Source of the DNA: Camelus dromedarius | Lineage: Eukaryota | Direction: 5' to 3' | Length of the DNA: 64,000 nt | Assembly: GCF_036321535.1 (NCBI RefSeq) | Contig: NC_087472.1 | Span: 91,204,001 to 91,268,000 of the forward strand | Shown here: positions 63,091-64,000 of the stretch, one piece after another | Layout of the letters: every line of letters starts with the position of its first letter | How positions within the stretch are numbered: the first letter of the stretch is position 1 | Position numbers and translations under genes: made by a program | The notes under the pieces: generated by a model | Database searches by the model: none | Seen by the model: only the letters and a program-made list of their open reading frames with translations | What the model was told of the DNA's origin: nothing

Positions 63091-64000
63091 CCCCTCCTTA
63101 TGAAACCGTTCAACATAAGTACCTCAAAGCGTCTTACGGCAGATACGTTCTGATTTATAATATGATAAACTGTGTGTTTGTGTTCTTTCTCCTCAGGAAC
63201 ACAAACATGAACTGAAAGACCTTACAGTTGGCTATTCCCCTCCTTCAACCTGGAGGAGCTGCAGAGATATTCAACAAGCCGTCCTTAACTTAAATGCATC
63301 ATTCAGGACTTGGTTGATAATGCTTAAGGGATTGGGGGAGTATAAAGAGAAGGAAAATCAGGCAATTTTATTGGATCCCATGTGCTCTGTATTACTGTGT
63401 TAGGTACTTGACAAATAGAGATACCATCTGACTTACTAGCATTAGTGTGCTTGGCAGAGGAGGAAAGAAGGGGGCGGAGGGAATAGCCTACTTTTCCGTC
63501 ACTTCTCTTGATTCCTGATTCAACTACCTGGAACCCAGAATTCATAGACTATGTTACCAGACCCTCGATGACTCAAGCTTTCCTTGTGGTAACCTAGGAT
63601 ACCACGACCTGCACAGAATATTCATATCTCCCTTCCCCCACCAAAAATTCTCACACAAATAATATCACACTCTTGCATGAGGACAGCTGCTCCTGCTAGA
63701 CTACAAGAACATTTCATCTAAAATGTTAGATGTTCCATTATTCACAAAAGAAGAAACTAACCACTGAAGTTAACACTGATGAGAGAATTAGGAAAGAAAA
63801 GCACAGTAAATGTAGACAGTCTCCTGCCGGATCTATGGAAATCTTTTCCAAGCAGGGGACAGTAATGTGCCCCGGCTAAGTCAAATCAGCTGGATCTGGG
63901 TGCAAAGATTGCTTCTCTCACTTGCTAGCATAACCTCTCCGAGCATCTGTATTCTCCTACTAAAGTGGGAATAATCTTATTATTCTTAGGTATGTGGCTT

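Noticed and set aside
60492..64000. Next upstream GK exon (GDQSAALVGQ motif)
   Set aside because: Not found by eye on the minus strand; presumably beyond the window end.

Overview
Mammalian nuclear DNA, most likely camelid (alpaca/llama/camel), judged from 14 copies of a tRNA-Ala-derived SINE matching the camelid Vic-1 type. It is probably X-linked, because the intron-containing GK gene is X-linked in placental mammals. The right ~26 kb holds the last 10 coding exons of glycerol kinase (GK) on the minus strand (60491 down to the stop at 37831). All splice sites are canonical GT-AG, and the exons join into one open frame of 275 complete codons plus stop, including an 87-nt cassette exon encoding a hydrophobic C-terminal segment. 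The 3' UTR has tandem poly(A) signals. The left ~35 kb is intergenic and transposon-rich (L1, L2, MIR, MLT1, MER21-like, ERV1-type LTRs, hAT, Tigger). Its most unusual feature is a ~2.2 kb decayed nuclear copy of mtDNA (control-region end, tRNA-Phe, 12S, tRNA-Val, 5' 16S; ~23057-25281). This copy is split by a young-looking solo LTR and a SINE, and it keeps an open MOTS-c-like small ORF downstream of the LTR promoter. I cannot demonstrate a new biological system from sequence alone; the LTR/NUMT/MOTS-c-like arrangement is the best candidate and is a hypothesis. Repeat subfamily names and human exon numbers are from recalled consensus sequences, not from a search.
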